From Acidobacteriota bacterium (GTDB lineage Bacteria > Acidobacteriota > UBA6911 > RPQK01 > JAJDTT01), in assembly GCA_965263035.1 (NCBI GenBank), contig OZ253580.1:1088001-1152000 (forward strand): 64,000 bases of DNA, in the 5' to 3' direction. Below the pieces are notes generated by a model. The model had not been told where the DNA came from. It saw only the letters and a program-made list of their open reading frames with translations, and made no database searches. The translations under genes were made by a program, and so were the position numbers. The first letter of the stretch is position 1; the number at the start of each line of letters is the position of its first letter. Below, in pieces: positions 30,948 to 40,902 of the stretch.

Positions 30948-32999
30948 TCAAGTCCTCGCCACCATGGAAATGTCCGCGTAGGACAAGAAAAGTTGCGAGA
31001 TCTCATGGAGGATCCTCAATCGGTTCCTGCGCAGGTCTTCCTCGTGCGACATCACGAGTACGTCCTCGAAGAAACGGTCGACGGGTCCGCGCAGGCGGGC
31101 CATCTGCTTCAGCGCTTCCAGGAACTCCCCCTTCTCCAGCCTGGCGACGACCTGGGGCCGCGTCTCTTGGACCACTCGGTTCAAAGTCCGTTCGGCCGGT
31201 TCCCTCAGTTCGCTGGCGCGGACCCGATCCAACTCGATCGCCTGGCCTGCCAGAATATTCTTGATCCTCTTGTAGGCCGTTGCCAACACCTCGAAATCCG
31301 CCTCGTTCCTCATCTCCTCCAGGGCGACCGCTTTCCTGAGCCGGAGATGCAGGCTCCGACGGGAGTCTACCGCTTGTACGGCCCGGATGACGTCCTCGGA
31401 GACACCCCGGTTCAGAAAAACATGCCGTACCCTTCGCTCCAGGAATGCCAGGACCCGGCCTTCCGACTCCGTTCCGGCAGCATGGTCCGGGAGGGACTGC
31501 CGCGCCATCCGGACCAGGTCTTCAAGCGGGTAATCGAGGCGGTACTCCAACAATAGCTTGACGATACCCTGGGCTTGACGACGCAGTGCGAAGGGATCGC
31601 TGGAGCCCGTGGGAACGATTCCACCGGAAATACAGGCGGTGACGGTGTCCAGCTTGTCGGCGAGAGCCAGCAGGGCTCCGGCAAGTGTGGAGGGAGGGGC
31701 ATCGCTGAGAGAGACCGGCTTGTAGTGCTCCAGGATTGCCTTCCATACCTCGGCGGGATAGCCCTCTCGGCGTGCATAGAGGCCCCCCATGACTCCCTGC
31801 AATTCCGGAAGCTCACGAACCATCTCGGAGGTGAGATCGGCCTTGGACAACAGAGCCGCAAGCTCCAGCTGGGGGTCCGGTTTCAATCGGGAGCAGAGCG
31901 CCTTCAACCGCCTTACCTTGTCCAGGTAACTTCCCAGCCGCTGGTGAAAGACGATCTCCGCCAGCCTCTCGCTCCGCGCCTCCATGCTGGTCTTGAGATC
32001 GGTCTTCCAGAAGAACGCCGCGTCCTCGAGACGGGCTCTCAAAACCCTCTCGTGTCCCCTTCGGATTCGGCCGTCCGAGTCTCCGTCGGTATTGACCACG
32101 GTCAGGAAGTGGGGCCGGAGCTTCCCTCCGGCATCGGTCACCGAGAAGTACTTCTGGTGGTGCCGCATGACCGTGACCAGCACCTCCCGGGGGATATTCA
32201 GAAAGGTCTCGTCGAAGTCTCCGCACAGAACGGTCGGGTATTCGTTGAGCTGAACGACCGTCTCCAGAAGACGTTCGTCCACCACGGGAGACAGTCCGGG
32301 GGGAACCTTATCCGCGAGCTCTCCGGAAATCTTGCTGCGCCGTTCGTCCACACTGGCCAGAACGTAGTTCCGGCGCATCTGATCAGGGTACTCGCCTGCG
32401 TGAGCCAAACGGATCTCGTCCTGCCCCAGGAACCGGTGGCCACGGGTGACACGTCCCGAATCGATTCCTTCGAATCGAAATGAGACGATCTCTGAATCCC
32501 AGAGCGCTGTGCACCAGCGAAGGGGCCGAATGAATCGAAACCGGCTCTCCCGCCAGTACATGCTGCGCGGCCAAGGGAGGCCGGCCACAAGCTGGGGCGT
32601 CTTTTCCTGGAGTATTTCCGGGAGGGACCGCCCCGGAATCCGCTTTCGGAATCCCAGGTATTCACCCTTTGGAGTCTCTACCCTCTCCAGCAGTTCCACG
32701 TTCAGACCCTGGCTGCGAGCGAATCCGAAAGCAGCCCTCCCTGGACCCCCGTCGGGTCCCAGGGCAACGCGGACCGGAGGGCCGAGGACAAGCTCCTCCC
32801 TCCCCGGCTGGCGCTCCGGCAGCCCGTCGGCCAGCAGGGCCAGTCTCCTGGGAGTCCCGTAGGAACGAACCGAGTCGGGAGACACCCCTTCCTGTTCCAG
32901 CAACTCCGTCAGATTTCGGCCAAGCTCGGCCAGCGCCGGAGAGATGACGTCGGCGGGCATCTCCTCCAAGCCCAACTCAAGCAGAAAGCTGTGACCCAT
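30948..32999 (-). CDS. glyS: Glycine--tRNA ligase beta subunit
   Basis: LLELG.EEMP, TPRRL, FIRP.RW, HQKYF, PELQG.MG, DPFALRR, NRL motifs. Confidence 0.95.
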   Translation of the reverse strand: MGHSFLLELGLEEMPADVISPALAELGRNLTELLEQEGVSPDSVRSYGTPRRLALLADGLPERQPGREELVLGPPVRVALGPDGGPGRAAFGFARSQGLNVELLERVETPKGEYLGFRKRIPGRSLPEILQEKTPQLVAGLPWPRSMYWRESRFRFIRPLRWCTALWDSEIVSFRFEGIDSGRVTRGHRFLGQDEIRLAHAGEYPDQMRRNYVLASVDERRSKISGELADKVPPGLSPVVDERLLETVVQLNEYPTVLCGDFDETFLNIPREVLVTVMRHHQKYFSVTDAGGKLRPHFLTVVNTDGDSDGRIRRGHERVLRARLEDAAFFWKTDLKTSMEARSERLAEIVFHQRLGSYLDKVRRLKALCSRLKPDPQLELAALLSKADLTSEMVRELPELQGVMGGLYARREGYPAEVWKAILEHYKPVSLSDAPPSTLAGALLALADKLDTVTACISGGIVPTGSSDPFALRRQAQGIVKLLLEYRLDYPLEDLVRMARQSLPDHAAGTESEGRVLAFLERRVRHVFLNRGVSEDVIRAVQAVDSRRSLHLRLRKAVALEEMRNEADFEVLATAYKRIKNILAGQAIELDRVRASELREPAERTLNRVVQETRPQVVARLEKGEFLEALKQMARLRGPVDRFFEDVLVMSHEEDLRRNRLRILHEISQLFLSYADISMVART

Positions 33000-33882
33000 G
33001 ATATTCCAGGTAGAGCCGCGCAGTCGCCACCGCCAGGGCGCGCACCCGGGCAATCAGGGCGACACGCTCGGTGACGCTGATTGCGCCCCGGCTATCCAGC
33101 AGGTTGAAGGCGTGGGAGCACTTCAGACAGTAGTCGTACGCAGGGAGAACGCATCTGGCCTCGTGGCAACGGCGGCATTCCTCCTCGTAGAGACGAAACA
33201 GGTTGAAGAGCAGATCCGTGTCGGCTACCTCGAAGCTGTAGCGGGAGAACTCGACTTCCTCCAGCCGCCGGATCTGTCCATAGGTCTTCTCGTGGTTCCA
33301 TCTGAGACGATAGACGCTGTCCTTGCCCGAGATAAAGGCTGCGATCCTTTCCAGCCCATAGGTCAGCTCCACCGAGACAGGCATCAGTTCAATACCGCCG
33401 GCCTGCTGAAAATAGGTGAACTGCGTGATCTCGAGCCCATCCAGGAGCACTTGCCAGCCCACCCCCCAGGCGCCCAGGGTGGGACTCTCCCAATTGTCCT
33501 CTTCGAAACGGATGTCATGACACTCCAATTCCACGCCTATGCTCGCAAGGCTCTTGAGGTAAAGGTCCTGAATGTCGTCCGGCGACGGCTTGAGAATGAC
33601 CTGCAGCTGGTGGTGGCGATAGAGACGATTCGGATTCTGGCCGTACCGCCCGTCCGCCGGTCGCCGGCTGGGCTGGACGTAGACGACCCTATAGGGTTCA
33701 GGACCCAGAACCCGCAGGAAGGTTTCGGGGTGCATGGTCCCGGCGCCGACCTCGGTGTCGTAGGGGTGTTGCGCCACGCAACCCGAGTCCATCCAGAACT
33801 CGAGCAGACAGTGCACGATGTCCTGAAACGTCTGCGGGGCTTCCGCAACTTCCTTGGGTGCTGCACAGACCGATTCGTTCAT
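32977..33882 (-). CDS. glyQ: Glycine--tRNA ligase alpha subunit
   Basis: [30 protein letters not shown] motifs. Confidence 0.97.
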   Translation of the reverse strand: MNESVCAAPKEVAEAPQTFQDIVHCLLEFWMDSGCVAQHPYDTEVGAGTMHPETFLRVLGPEPYRVVYVQPSRRPADGRYGQNPNRLYRHHQLQVILKPSPDDIQDLYLKSLASIGVELECHDIRFEEDNWESPTLGAWGVGWQVLLDGLEITQFTYFQQAGGIELMPVSVELTYGLERIAAFISGKDSVYRLRWNHEKTYGQIRRLEEVEFSRYSFEVADTDLLFNLFRLYEEECRRCHEARCVLPAYDYCLKCSHAFNLLDSRGAISVTERVALIARVRALAVATARLYLEYHGSQLSA

Positions 33883-33891
33883 CGCCGGGTT

Positions 33892-34533
33892 TCAGAGGAG
33901 TTCCTTCAGTAGTTTCCGAGTCTTCAGCGGTTTTTCGAGGTGGTATTCTATCAACTTCTCCGAAAAGCGCGCTAGCGTTTTGTCCTCCTCATGGGTCAGG
34001 CAATCCGCCTTCAGCGAGGCCGGCGGCATCCGCATCAAGGCCCTCGCCCGGGTCGCAACGGGATGTGGCAGTTCGCTGTCAAGGTCGGGGAGAACGCCTT
34101 CCAATCTGAGAGTCCATAGTTCCAGATAACGAGACAGCAGGGAGGTGGGGACCGAGTCCACCGCCGAAAGCACGGCCAGGGCCAGGCGGAAGAAACGCTC
34201 GCTTTCCTCCTGCTCCCTGCTGAATTCCTGCAGAAGCTCGGTGAAGTAGCTCAGATACAGCGTGGACTCCCACGACGGGGCCCCCTGCGATAAGACCCGT
34301 AACACGTCGCAACTCTGAATCACCGCCAACTCCTGGTGTTCCTTGCGCCGAAAGCTCAACTTCACGTAGTTCAGGGGCTCCAGGCTGCCCCCGAATTTGC
34401 CTCCTGACTTTCTGGCGCCGTGGGCGATGCCCCGCAATTTTCCGAAACTCCGGGTGAAGAAGACGGCAATCTTGTGCGATTCGGCGTAGGGGTAGGTTCT
34501 GAGAGTGAGCGCCTCGGATTGATGGCGGCTCAT
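33892..34533 (-). CDS. recO: DNA repair protein RecO (short form without zinc finger)
   Basis: A..LR..PY.E..KI..FFT..FGK....A.GARK...F...LEP pattern; located next to glyQS. Confidence 0.85.
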   Translation of the reverse strand: MSRHQSEALTLRTYPYAESHKIAVFFTRSFGKLRGIAHGARKSGGKFGGSLEPLNYVKLSFRRKEHQELAVIQSCDVLRVLSQGAPSWESTLYLSYFTELLQEFSREQEESERFFRLALAVLSAVDSVPTSLLSRYLELWTLRLEGVLPDLDSELPHPVATRARALMRMPPASLKADCLTHEEDKTLARFSEKLIEYHLEKPLKTRKLLKELL

Positions 34534-35897
34534 GAGGGGGTGACAACGGTGAGAAAATAGGTTGCCAATCCCAGAAAAGAAAGAAAACCCACCATGTCCG
34601 TGAATGTGGTCAGAATGATGCTCGAGGCGACGGCGGGATCGACGTTGAGCTTGATCAGAAACAGGGGAACCAGGGTTCCGATGATTCCGGCCACCAGAAT
34701 GTTGATGATGAGCGCTCCGCCCAAGACGAATCCCAACTCAAGGCTGCCCTTCCAGGCGAAGGCCACGGCCCCGCACAGCAATCCCAAGACGACTCCGTTG
34801 GTGAGGGCTACCGTCAGTTCCTTGCGCAACGCCGCTCGACTGCTCTTCCAGGTCGCCTCTCCCAGGGCGAGTCCCCGGACGATCACGGTCAAGGTCTGGG
34901 TCCCCGAGTTCCCCCCCATCCCGGCCACTACCGGCAGAAAGACGGCCAGATACGAGAATCGGGCGATGGTGGGTTCGAAGAAGGCCACGATGGTGGCTGC
35001 CATCAGAGCCGTCACCAGATTGATGAGCAGCCACGGCAGCCGCTTCCTCACCGATTTCCGAGGCGGCGTGTAGATCCGGTCGTCACTCTCGACGCCGGCC
35101 ATGTAGAAGATGTCTTCGGTCGCCTCTTCCTTGATGACATCGATCACGTCATCCACGGTGATCACGCCCACGAGCTTGTTCTCCTCGTCCACCACCGGGA
35201 TGGCCAGGAGGTCGTAGAGGGCCACCTGCCGTGCAACTTCCTCCTGGTCCGTGTCGGTCCGCACCGAGAGGATGTCGGTGGTCATGATCTTTCTCAGGAA
35301 GGTGCTGGGCGGAACCATGAGCAGTTCCCGCAAGGAGACGATCCCTACCAGATGGGACCTTTCGTCCACCACATAGACATAGAACGACATCTCCAGGTCT
35401 TCAGTGGTCTGAATGGAGTGGATGGCCTCTCCCACCGTCACTACCTCCCGAAAGGCCAGCACGTTGGGGGTCATGATCCGCCCTGCGGTTTCCGCCTCAT
35501 GCTCCAGCAGCCCCTGGACCTCGGCCGATTCCTCGGTGGCCATCAGATCCAGAATCGCCCCGGCCCGTTCTTCGGGTAGGGCCGAGATGAATTGGGCGGC
35601 GTCGTCGCTCTCCAGCTCCTGCAGGACGCCGGCTGCCTCTTCGGCGGAAAATTGGGCCAGGAGAGCGATGGCCGGATCGAGCCCCATCCCGGTGAGAGTC
35701 TGTCCCGCCAGATCCTTGTCCTGTTTAATGAGCAGAGCGAAGACCCGCCGCTGCTGCAGCTCACCCAGCTCCAGCATGATGTGAGAGATGTCGCCGGGGC
35801 GCAGCTTGGACAGAAGGTTGGTGACGTGCTCGAACGCACTCCGCCTCAGGAGGCGGCGGACGGATTGTGCCAGCAGATGAATCTTATGCGTCTGCAT
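34530..35897 (-). CDS. mgtE: Magnesium transporter MgtE
   Basis: CBS pair; RLPWL, GMGGNSG.Q, DPA.AS, TT.TD motifs. Confidence 0.93.
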   Translation of the reverse strand: MQTHKIHLLAQSVRRLLRRSAFEHVTNLLSKLRPGDISHIMLELGELQQRRVFALLIKQDKDLAGQTLTGMGLDPAIALLAQFSAEEAAGVLQELESDDAAQFISALPEERAGAILDLMATEESAEVQGLLEHEAETAGRIMTPNVLAFREVVTVGEAIHSIQTTEDLEMSFYVYVVDERSHLVGIVSLRELLMVPPSTFLRKIMTTDILSVRTDTDQEEVARQVALYDLLAIPVVDEENKLVGVITVDDVIDVIKEEATEDIFYMAGVESDDRIYTPPRKSVRKRLPWLLINLVTALMAATIVAFFEPTIARFSYLAVFLPVVAGMGGNSGTQTLTVIVRGLALGEATWKSSRAALRKELTVALTNGVVLGLLCGAVAFAWKGSLELGFVLGGALIINILVAGIIGTLVPLFLIKLNVDPAVASSIILTTFTDMVGFLSFLGLATYFLTVVTPS

Positions 35898-36175
35898 ACC
35901 CTCACCCCCGGCAAAAACGGCTCAGATCAGTCTCGCCGCGGCGGACGGCCCGACAGCCTGAGACAGGACAGGTTCGTTCGGCGCCATCCTAACCCAGATT
36001 TCTCGTCGGGTCGCCGCGTGAACACGAAAAAGATCATATAACCAGGCATTTGCTCGTATTCGTCCTGGATCGAAGCCTCCCGGGCCCAGACCGTGCCGGG
36101 AGCGCCCGAGTGAGAAATGCGGGCCGATCGCCACCGAAAACTTCCTGTTTCTGAAACGGAGCAGTGAGTGAGCCC

Positions 36176-36988
36176 TCAGTCCGGACGAACTTCCTGTTCC
36201 CCCAGCGAGGCCGGCTCCTTGAGCCGATAACGCACATACCGGTAACCCTTCAGAACAACACCGCTGAGAAGGTAACCAGAAGCCATGGCCATCAAAGACT
36301 GTCGGGAATAGAAGAACACGGCGGCCACCATCAAGGCCAGGATCACAACCAGAAGATGAGACTTTCTGCCTCCCAGATTGAGCCGCTTGAACGACGGATA
36401 TCGGACCGTACTGACCATGAGACAGGCCACCGCATAGTTCATGCCGACCAGCGAGACCTTGAAGAAGACCGTATCCGGAGGGGTCTCGAAGTAGTGGATG
36501 ATCGCCGCTACGAAGGCCGCCGCCGCCGGGATGGGCAGACCGGCGAAATATTTCATCTCCTTCAACTCGACGTTGTACCGGGCCAGACGCACTGTTCCGC
36601 AGATGAAGAAGAAGAAGGCCGAAAAACGGGCGAAATTGCCCAGGTCGGCCAGCCCCCAGGAATAAATGAGCACCGCCGGAGCGATCCCGAAACTGACCAC
36701 GTCGGCCAGGGAGTCCAACTGGACGCCGAAATCGCTGGTGGCATTGGCGAGTCGTGCCACACGACCGTCCAGTCCGTCCAGGATCACGGCGATCCCGATG
36801 GCGACCGCCGCCGCCTGGAAGTTCTCGTTGAGTATGGATACGAGGGCGAAGAAGCCCGCGAACATGTTCCCCACGGTGAAGAGCGAAGGCAGGATGAAGA
36901 CGCTACGGCGAAATCGCCGCCTGGGGGGCCCGGAAGCCGGGAATTGGCGTTGGTTACGTCTTAACTTGCTCACGGCCCGGGGTTCCAA
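36176..36988 (-). CDS. pssA: CDP-diacylglycerol--serine O-phosphatidyltransferase
   Basis: D.LDG.VAR...S.FG.QLDSLAD, RLARYN, F.GLP.P motifs. Start position uncertain. Confidence 0.9.
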   Translation of the reverse strand: MEPRAVSKLRRNQRQFPASGPPRRRFRRSVFILPSLFTVGNMFAGFFALVSILNENFQAAAVAIGIAVILDGLDGRVARLANATSDFGVQLDSLADVVSFGIAPAVLIYSWGLADLGNFARFSAFFFFICGTVRLARYNVELKEMKYFAGLPIPAAAAFVAAIIHYFETPPDTVFFKVSLVGMNYAVACLMVSTVRYPSFKRLNLGGRKSHLLVVILALMVAAVFFYSRQSLMAMASGYLLSGVVLKGYRYVRYRLKEPASLGEQEVRPD

Positions 36989-37575
36989 TACGCCAGGACG
37001 GTGCTGCCGCCGTAGACTCGATCGCCTTCGCTGACAACCATGTCACAACTCCGTGGGAGGAACATATCGACCCGGCTGCCGAATCGGATCAGGCCTATTC
37101 TATCACCCCTGCCGACCACGTCTCCCTCATTCTTCCAGACCCGGATTCGGCGCGCCAGGATCCCGGCCACCAACGCGAAGGTCAGGGGCCGGTCCCCGGA
37201 AATGGTGAGAATGACCCGTTCGTTCTCCACCGAAGCCCGATCGTCCCAGGCGAGATGAAACCGCCCGGAGCGGTGTTCCTTCCGGACCAGGATACCCTCC
37301 ACGGGTGAACGATTGACGTGCACGTTCCATATCGAAAGGAAAATGCTGACCTCGGTGCCCTCCTCAAACGGTTTCACACGAACGATTTTTCCGTCCGCCG
37401 GGCTGACCACGGCGGCGGGATCATCAGGAATGGAACGGTTCGGATCGCGGAAAAAGTAGGCGACGAAAGCCGCTAGAACCAACGTCACCACGCCCAGGGC
37501 CACTACCTGGAGCCAAGTCAGGACCAAGGTCAATGCGACTAGTGGAAGAAAGAAGTAGTATCCGTCTCGGGCCAT
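36970..37575 (-). CDS. psd: Phosphatidylserine decarboxylase (short type)
   Basis: FFRDP, SPADG, NVHVNR.P, NER and FGSRVD self-cleavage motifs. Confidence 0.92.
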   Translation of the reverse strand: MARDGYYFFLPLVALTLVLTWLQVVALGVVTLVLAAFVAYFFRDPNRSIPDDPAAVVSPADGKIVRVKPFEEGTEVSIFLSIWNVHVNRSPVEGILVRKEHRSGRFHLAWDDRASVENERVILTISGDRPLTFALVAGILARRIRVWKNEGDVVGRGDRIGLIRFGSRVDMFLPRSCDMVVSEGDRVYGGSTVLAYWNPGP

Positions 37576-37674
37576 AGGCGCATGCTCCGGACTCCGGCCG
37601 GGAGTCGACTCCAGATCGGGGTCCCCGGCACGACACGGGGCTCTTGCCAGGAAGGCATTCCCAGCCTGGACTGG

Positions 37675-37833
37675 GAGCCTACGCGGCAGAAATTGATCTA
37701 CTGCGAAAGCGGTAGAATCGGTCCATATTTCCCCGATTTCTCGGCGAATAGAACAACTATGCACCTCCAAATCGAGAAAATCTAGCCTCGATTCCCCGCT
37801 TTCTCGCTACGATCATTCCTACCGCGCAGACTC
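37675..37833 (-). mobile_element. MITE family B, copy 2
   Basis: Near-identical reverse copy of 19673-19831; flanks CTGG / CTAG. Confidence 0.9.
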
Positions 37834-37885
37834 CTAGGAGGCTGTCCGAGAATGGAGCCGTCACCGACGCTTGTCTGTTTAAATA

Positions 37886-38051
37886 GGCCCGTCCGGGTCG
37901 CTCATGAGCGACCCGGACGGCGGTGGCTGGACCGTACCGACGCGGACTGTTAGGAACCGTTTGGGAGTGAGGTCGGCCACCGTCTTTCCCGATGTCCTGA
38001 ATGGATACAAGGGCATCAAGGCCCGAATGACAAGCACAGGAGACAGGAAAG
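37886..38051 (+). ncRNA. IS110 bridge RNA (5' hairpin, target-binding loop, donor-binding loop); ends approximate
   Basis: 32-bp perfect palindrome 37889-37920. Target guides ACCGACGC (37936-43) and TTGGGAG (37961-67). Donor guides ATGGATAC (38001-08) and GACAAG (38029-34). Each pair lies in the internal loop of a closed stem. Confidence 0.85.
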
Positions 38052-38996
38052 ATGAAACAGCATACCGTAGGCATCGACATCTCGAAAGCGCACCTGGACG
38101 CGCACCGGCTGGCCGACGGCCATTCCGCCCAGTTCGACAATGACCCGGCCGGCTTCCGGGCGCTGATCGATTGGATCGGAACTCCGGTCGAGTGCGTCGC
38201 CTACGAGGCCACCGGCCCCTACCACCGGGACCTCGAGGAAGCGCTGTCCAAAGCGAAGCTACCGTTGGCCAAGGTGAACCCCTGGCAGGCCCGATGTTTC
38301 GCCCGGGCGACCGGGAGCCGTGCCAAGACCGACGCCGTAGACGCTCGGAAACTGGCCCAGATGGCCGCCAGCCTGGATCCGCGCCGGACCCCGGCCCCGT
38401 CCAAAACGCAACGCCGGCTCCAGGAACTGCAGTCGGCCCGGGACGCGCTGATCCGCCAGCGCACGGCCCTGCTCAACCGCCGCCAACAGCTCCGCGAACC
38501 CTTGCTCAAACAGCAGAACCAGACCCAGATCAACATGTTCGAGCGCCACCTGCGCGCCATCGACCGCAAAATGCAGCAGCTGATTGCGGCCGACGAGGCG
38601 CGGGCCCGCAAGTTGGAGATCCTCACCTCCATTCCCGGGATCGCGGCCACCACCGCCGGTCTGCTGGCCGAGATGCCCGAGCTGGGCGCCCTCAGCGGCA
38701 AGGCCGCCGCCAGTCTGGCCGGGCTGGCCGCCGTTCCCCGCGAGTCCGGGACTTGGCAGGGCCGGGCGTTCATCCGGGGCGGACGGGCGCGGGCGCGACG
38801 GCTCCTGTACATGCCGACGGTGGCCGCCCTGCGCTGGAACCCCGACTTGGCCGAGGTGTACCGGAGGCTGAGAGAGCGCGGCAAGCCCGGCAAGGTGGCC
38901 CTCGTCGCCGTCATGCGCAAGCTCATCGTCCTGGCCAACACCCTCGTCCGGCAGGACCGCACCTGGTTGCCCGTAGCGCCCCGAGCGACCTTCTGA
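38052..38996 (+). CDS. IS110-family DEDD recombinase/transposase
   Basis: GIDISK, YEATG, KTD.VD (DEDD tetrad); SIPGI, ESG (catalytic Ser), RGGR, MRKL. Confidence 0.95.
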   Translation: MKQHTVGIDISKAHLDAHRLADGHSAQFDNDPAGFRALIDWIGTPVECVAYEATGPYHRDLEEALSKAKLPLAKVNPWQARCFARATGSRAKTDAVDARKLAQMAASLDPRRTPAPSKTQRRLQELQSARDALIRQRTALLNRRQQLREPLLKQQNQTQINMFERHLRAIDRKMQQLIAADEARARKLEILTSIPGIAATTAGLLAEMPELGALSGKAAASLAGLAAVPRESGTWQGRAFIRGGRARARRLLYMPTVAALRWNPDLAEVYRRLRERGKPGKVALVAVMRKLIVLANTLVRQDRTWLPVAPRATF

Positions 38997-39016
38997 GGCC
39001 ACGGAGAGACCCCGTG

Positions 39017-39256
39017 AGGAAAGGGAGCGTGTGGACCCCCTGATGGCCGTCTGTCGAACTTCCGGTCAGGTCTGGCCGGAAGCTTGCTTACGGCCATGAA
39101 AGCTCTTCAGGGCGTATCCGGACCTCCCGGAGGACTGACGTCGACGATCTCAGGCCCCTCGATCCAGTTGATCCGTCCACTCATCGCCCCCTCCACGGCG
39201 CCCGCTGGATCCAGCTCGATCTCCGCCTCACCTCTGGCGGAAGAACGCTCCTCCTA
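39017..39256. ncRNA. Candidate structured RNA in the IS110 right end
   Basis: Nested stems GGAGCGT/ACGCTCC, GTGGAC/GTCCAC, ATGGCCGT/ACGGCCAT and CTTCCGGTCAG/CTGGCCGGAAG; no credible ORF. Confidence 0.45.
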
Positions 39257-39384
39257 ACCCTGTGCCTCTTGGACCGGACAGATCACGTACTAACGACACG
39301 GGATGGAAACACCGATTAGCACCCACCACTTGCAACATGGATACTCCCTAAAATAAGGGGAACAGATCATCAGGAGAGTGTCGG

Positions 39385-40902
39385 ATGCCCCCTCGCTTCA
39401 AAGCCTACCCGAAAGATTACTACCAGAGTCAGCTGTTTCCAGCTAACGTATTCGACTTGTTGCCGGAGGATCACGAGTGTTTCCTCTACCGGGATCTGTT
39501 TCGGCAGCTGGACACGACGGAAGTGGAGGCCCGGTACAGCCACCGGGGTCAGCGGGCCTACGCGCCGCGCCAGATCGTTTCGATCCTGATCTACGCCTAC
39601 AGTCACGGCGTGTACAGCTCGCGACAGATCGAGCAGCGCTGCCGGGAAGATCTCGGCTTCATGTACCTGGCGGGGAGGAACTGCCCGAACTTCCGGGTGT
39701 TGAGCGATTTCCGGAAGGACCGCGGGGAGTTCTTCCGGTCCTGTTTCAAGCAGACGGTGGAGTTGGCGATGGGGCTGGGGCTGGGGCTGGTGAGTTTGGG
39801 ACACGTGAGCCTGGACGGGTCCAAGTTCAAGGCGAACAGCTCGAAGCACAAGGCGATGAGTTACGGACGACTGAAGGAGAAGGAGAAGGAGCAGGAGTTG
39901 TGCGAGGAGATCGAGGCCTTGACCCGACAGGCCGATCGCTGCGACGAGCAAGAGGATCGAGCCTACGCGGAGCGGACCGGGTATGAGTTGCCGGAGGAAC
40001 TGCGCGACAAGCAGCAGCGGTTGCAGAAGATCCGGGAGACGAAACAGTCGCTGGAAGCGCGGGAGGCAAAGCTTCGACCGGGTCGGGAGATCGAGGACAA
40101 GAAGCAGCTCAGCTTTGCGGACCCCGAGGCGCGGATCATGAAGCAAAAAGGGGGGTTCGAGTACGCGTACAACGCGCAGATCAGCGTGGAGGAGACATCG
40201 CAGGTGATCGTGGGTCAGCACGTGAGCCAGCAGGCGAACGATTCCCAGGAGGTGGCTCGGGCGCTGGATGAGATGGAGGAGACGAGCGGTCGGTTGCCGG
40301 AGAAGCTGAGCCTGGACAACGGCTACTATTCGGGAAAGAACCTGCAGGAGGTGTCCGATCGTCAGGTGGAAGCGTACCTGGCGACGGACCGGGGCGAGCG
40401 GCGGGGGAAGGGAGAGCTGGAGGAGAGTGAGCGTCGGCTGGTGAAAGCGGACTTTCGTTACGACGGGGAGCGGGACGGGTTTCATTGTCCCGGCGGCCAA
40501 CTGCTGAGGTTGAAGACCCCCCGCGGCACGGGACAGCGGGTGTATCAGGGGGACATCGAGGAGTGCCGATCCTGTGCCTACTATCGTCGGTGCTGCCGGT
40601 CGAAGTCAGGGGCGGCGCGCACGATCACGAGCGACGGGAAGGAGCCGTTGCGACGGGCGATGAACGAGCGGATGTCGAAACCGGAGAGCCGAGCGCTCTA
40701 CGCGCGTCGCAAGACGATCGTCGAGCCGGTATTCGGGCAGATCAAGAACTCGGGATTTCGGGGATTCGGGCTGCGGGGCAAGGAGAAAGTGGCCGGGGAG
40801 TTCTCCTTGGTCTGCGTGGCGCACAATCTCAAAAAGATCATGCTTGCGGCTCTGCGGGGAGAGGTGTGTCCGGAGTTCGGGAAGCGAGCGGCCTGGGCGT
40901 AA
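39385..40902 (+). CDS. IS1182-family DDE transposase
   Basis: LLPEDH, YAY..G.YSSR.IE, DGSK.KAN.S, DPEAR.M, YNAQ, D.GY, R...VEPVFG.IK motifs. Confidence 0.93.
   Translation: MPPRFKAYPKDYYQSQLFPANVFDLLPEDHECFLYRDLFRQLDTTEVEARYSHRGQRAYAPRQIVSILIYAYSHGVYSSRQIEQRCREDLGFMYLAGRNCPNFRVLSDFRKDRGEFFRSCFKQTVELAMGLGLGLVSLGHVSLDGSKFKANSSKHKAMSYGRLKEKEKEQELCEEIEALTRQADRCDEQEDRAYAERTGYELPEELRDKQQRLQKIRETKQSLEAREAKLRPGREIEDKKQLSFADPEARIMKQKGGFEYAYNAQISVEETSQVIVGQHVSQQANDSQEVARALDEMEETSGRLPEKLSLDNGYYSGKNLQEVSDRQVEAYLATDRGERRGKGELEESERRLVKADFRYDGERDGFHCPGGQLLRLKTPRGTGQRVYQGDIEECRSCAYYRRCCRSKSGAARTITSDGKEPLRRAMNERMSKPESRALYARRKTIVEPVFGQIKNSGFRGFGLRGKEKVAGEFSLVCVAHNLKKIMLAALRGEVCPEFGKRAAWA

Larger units (their letters stand above)
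37872..39345 (+). mobile_element. IS110-family element nested in the IS1182 left end; CT core at both junctions
   Basis: Junctions ACCGACG-CT-TGTCT (37863-76) and ATGGATA-CT-CCCTA (39337-50); no TIR; boundaries agree with the bridge-RNA guides. Confidence 0.9.

Noticed and set aside
35898-36175. Possible Mg2+ riboswitch or ncRNA upstream of mgtE
   Set aside because: Some GC stems are present, but no M-box or other consensus that I could recognise. An Rfam scan would settle it.
36970-37770. psd ORF extended by MEVHSCSIRREI.., and other recurring ORFs starting MEVHS/MAKVVTAF
   Set aside because: These peptides are translations of MITE sequence; the homologous psd region starts at 37575.
39330-39354. 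Hybrid promoter from the IS110 TTGCAA and the IS1182 TAAAAT
   Set aside because: Spacing is only 13 bp, too short for sigma70.
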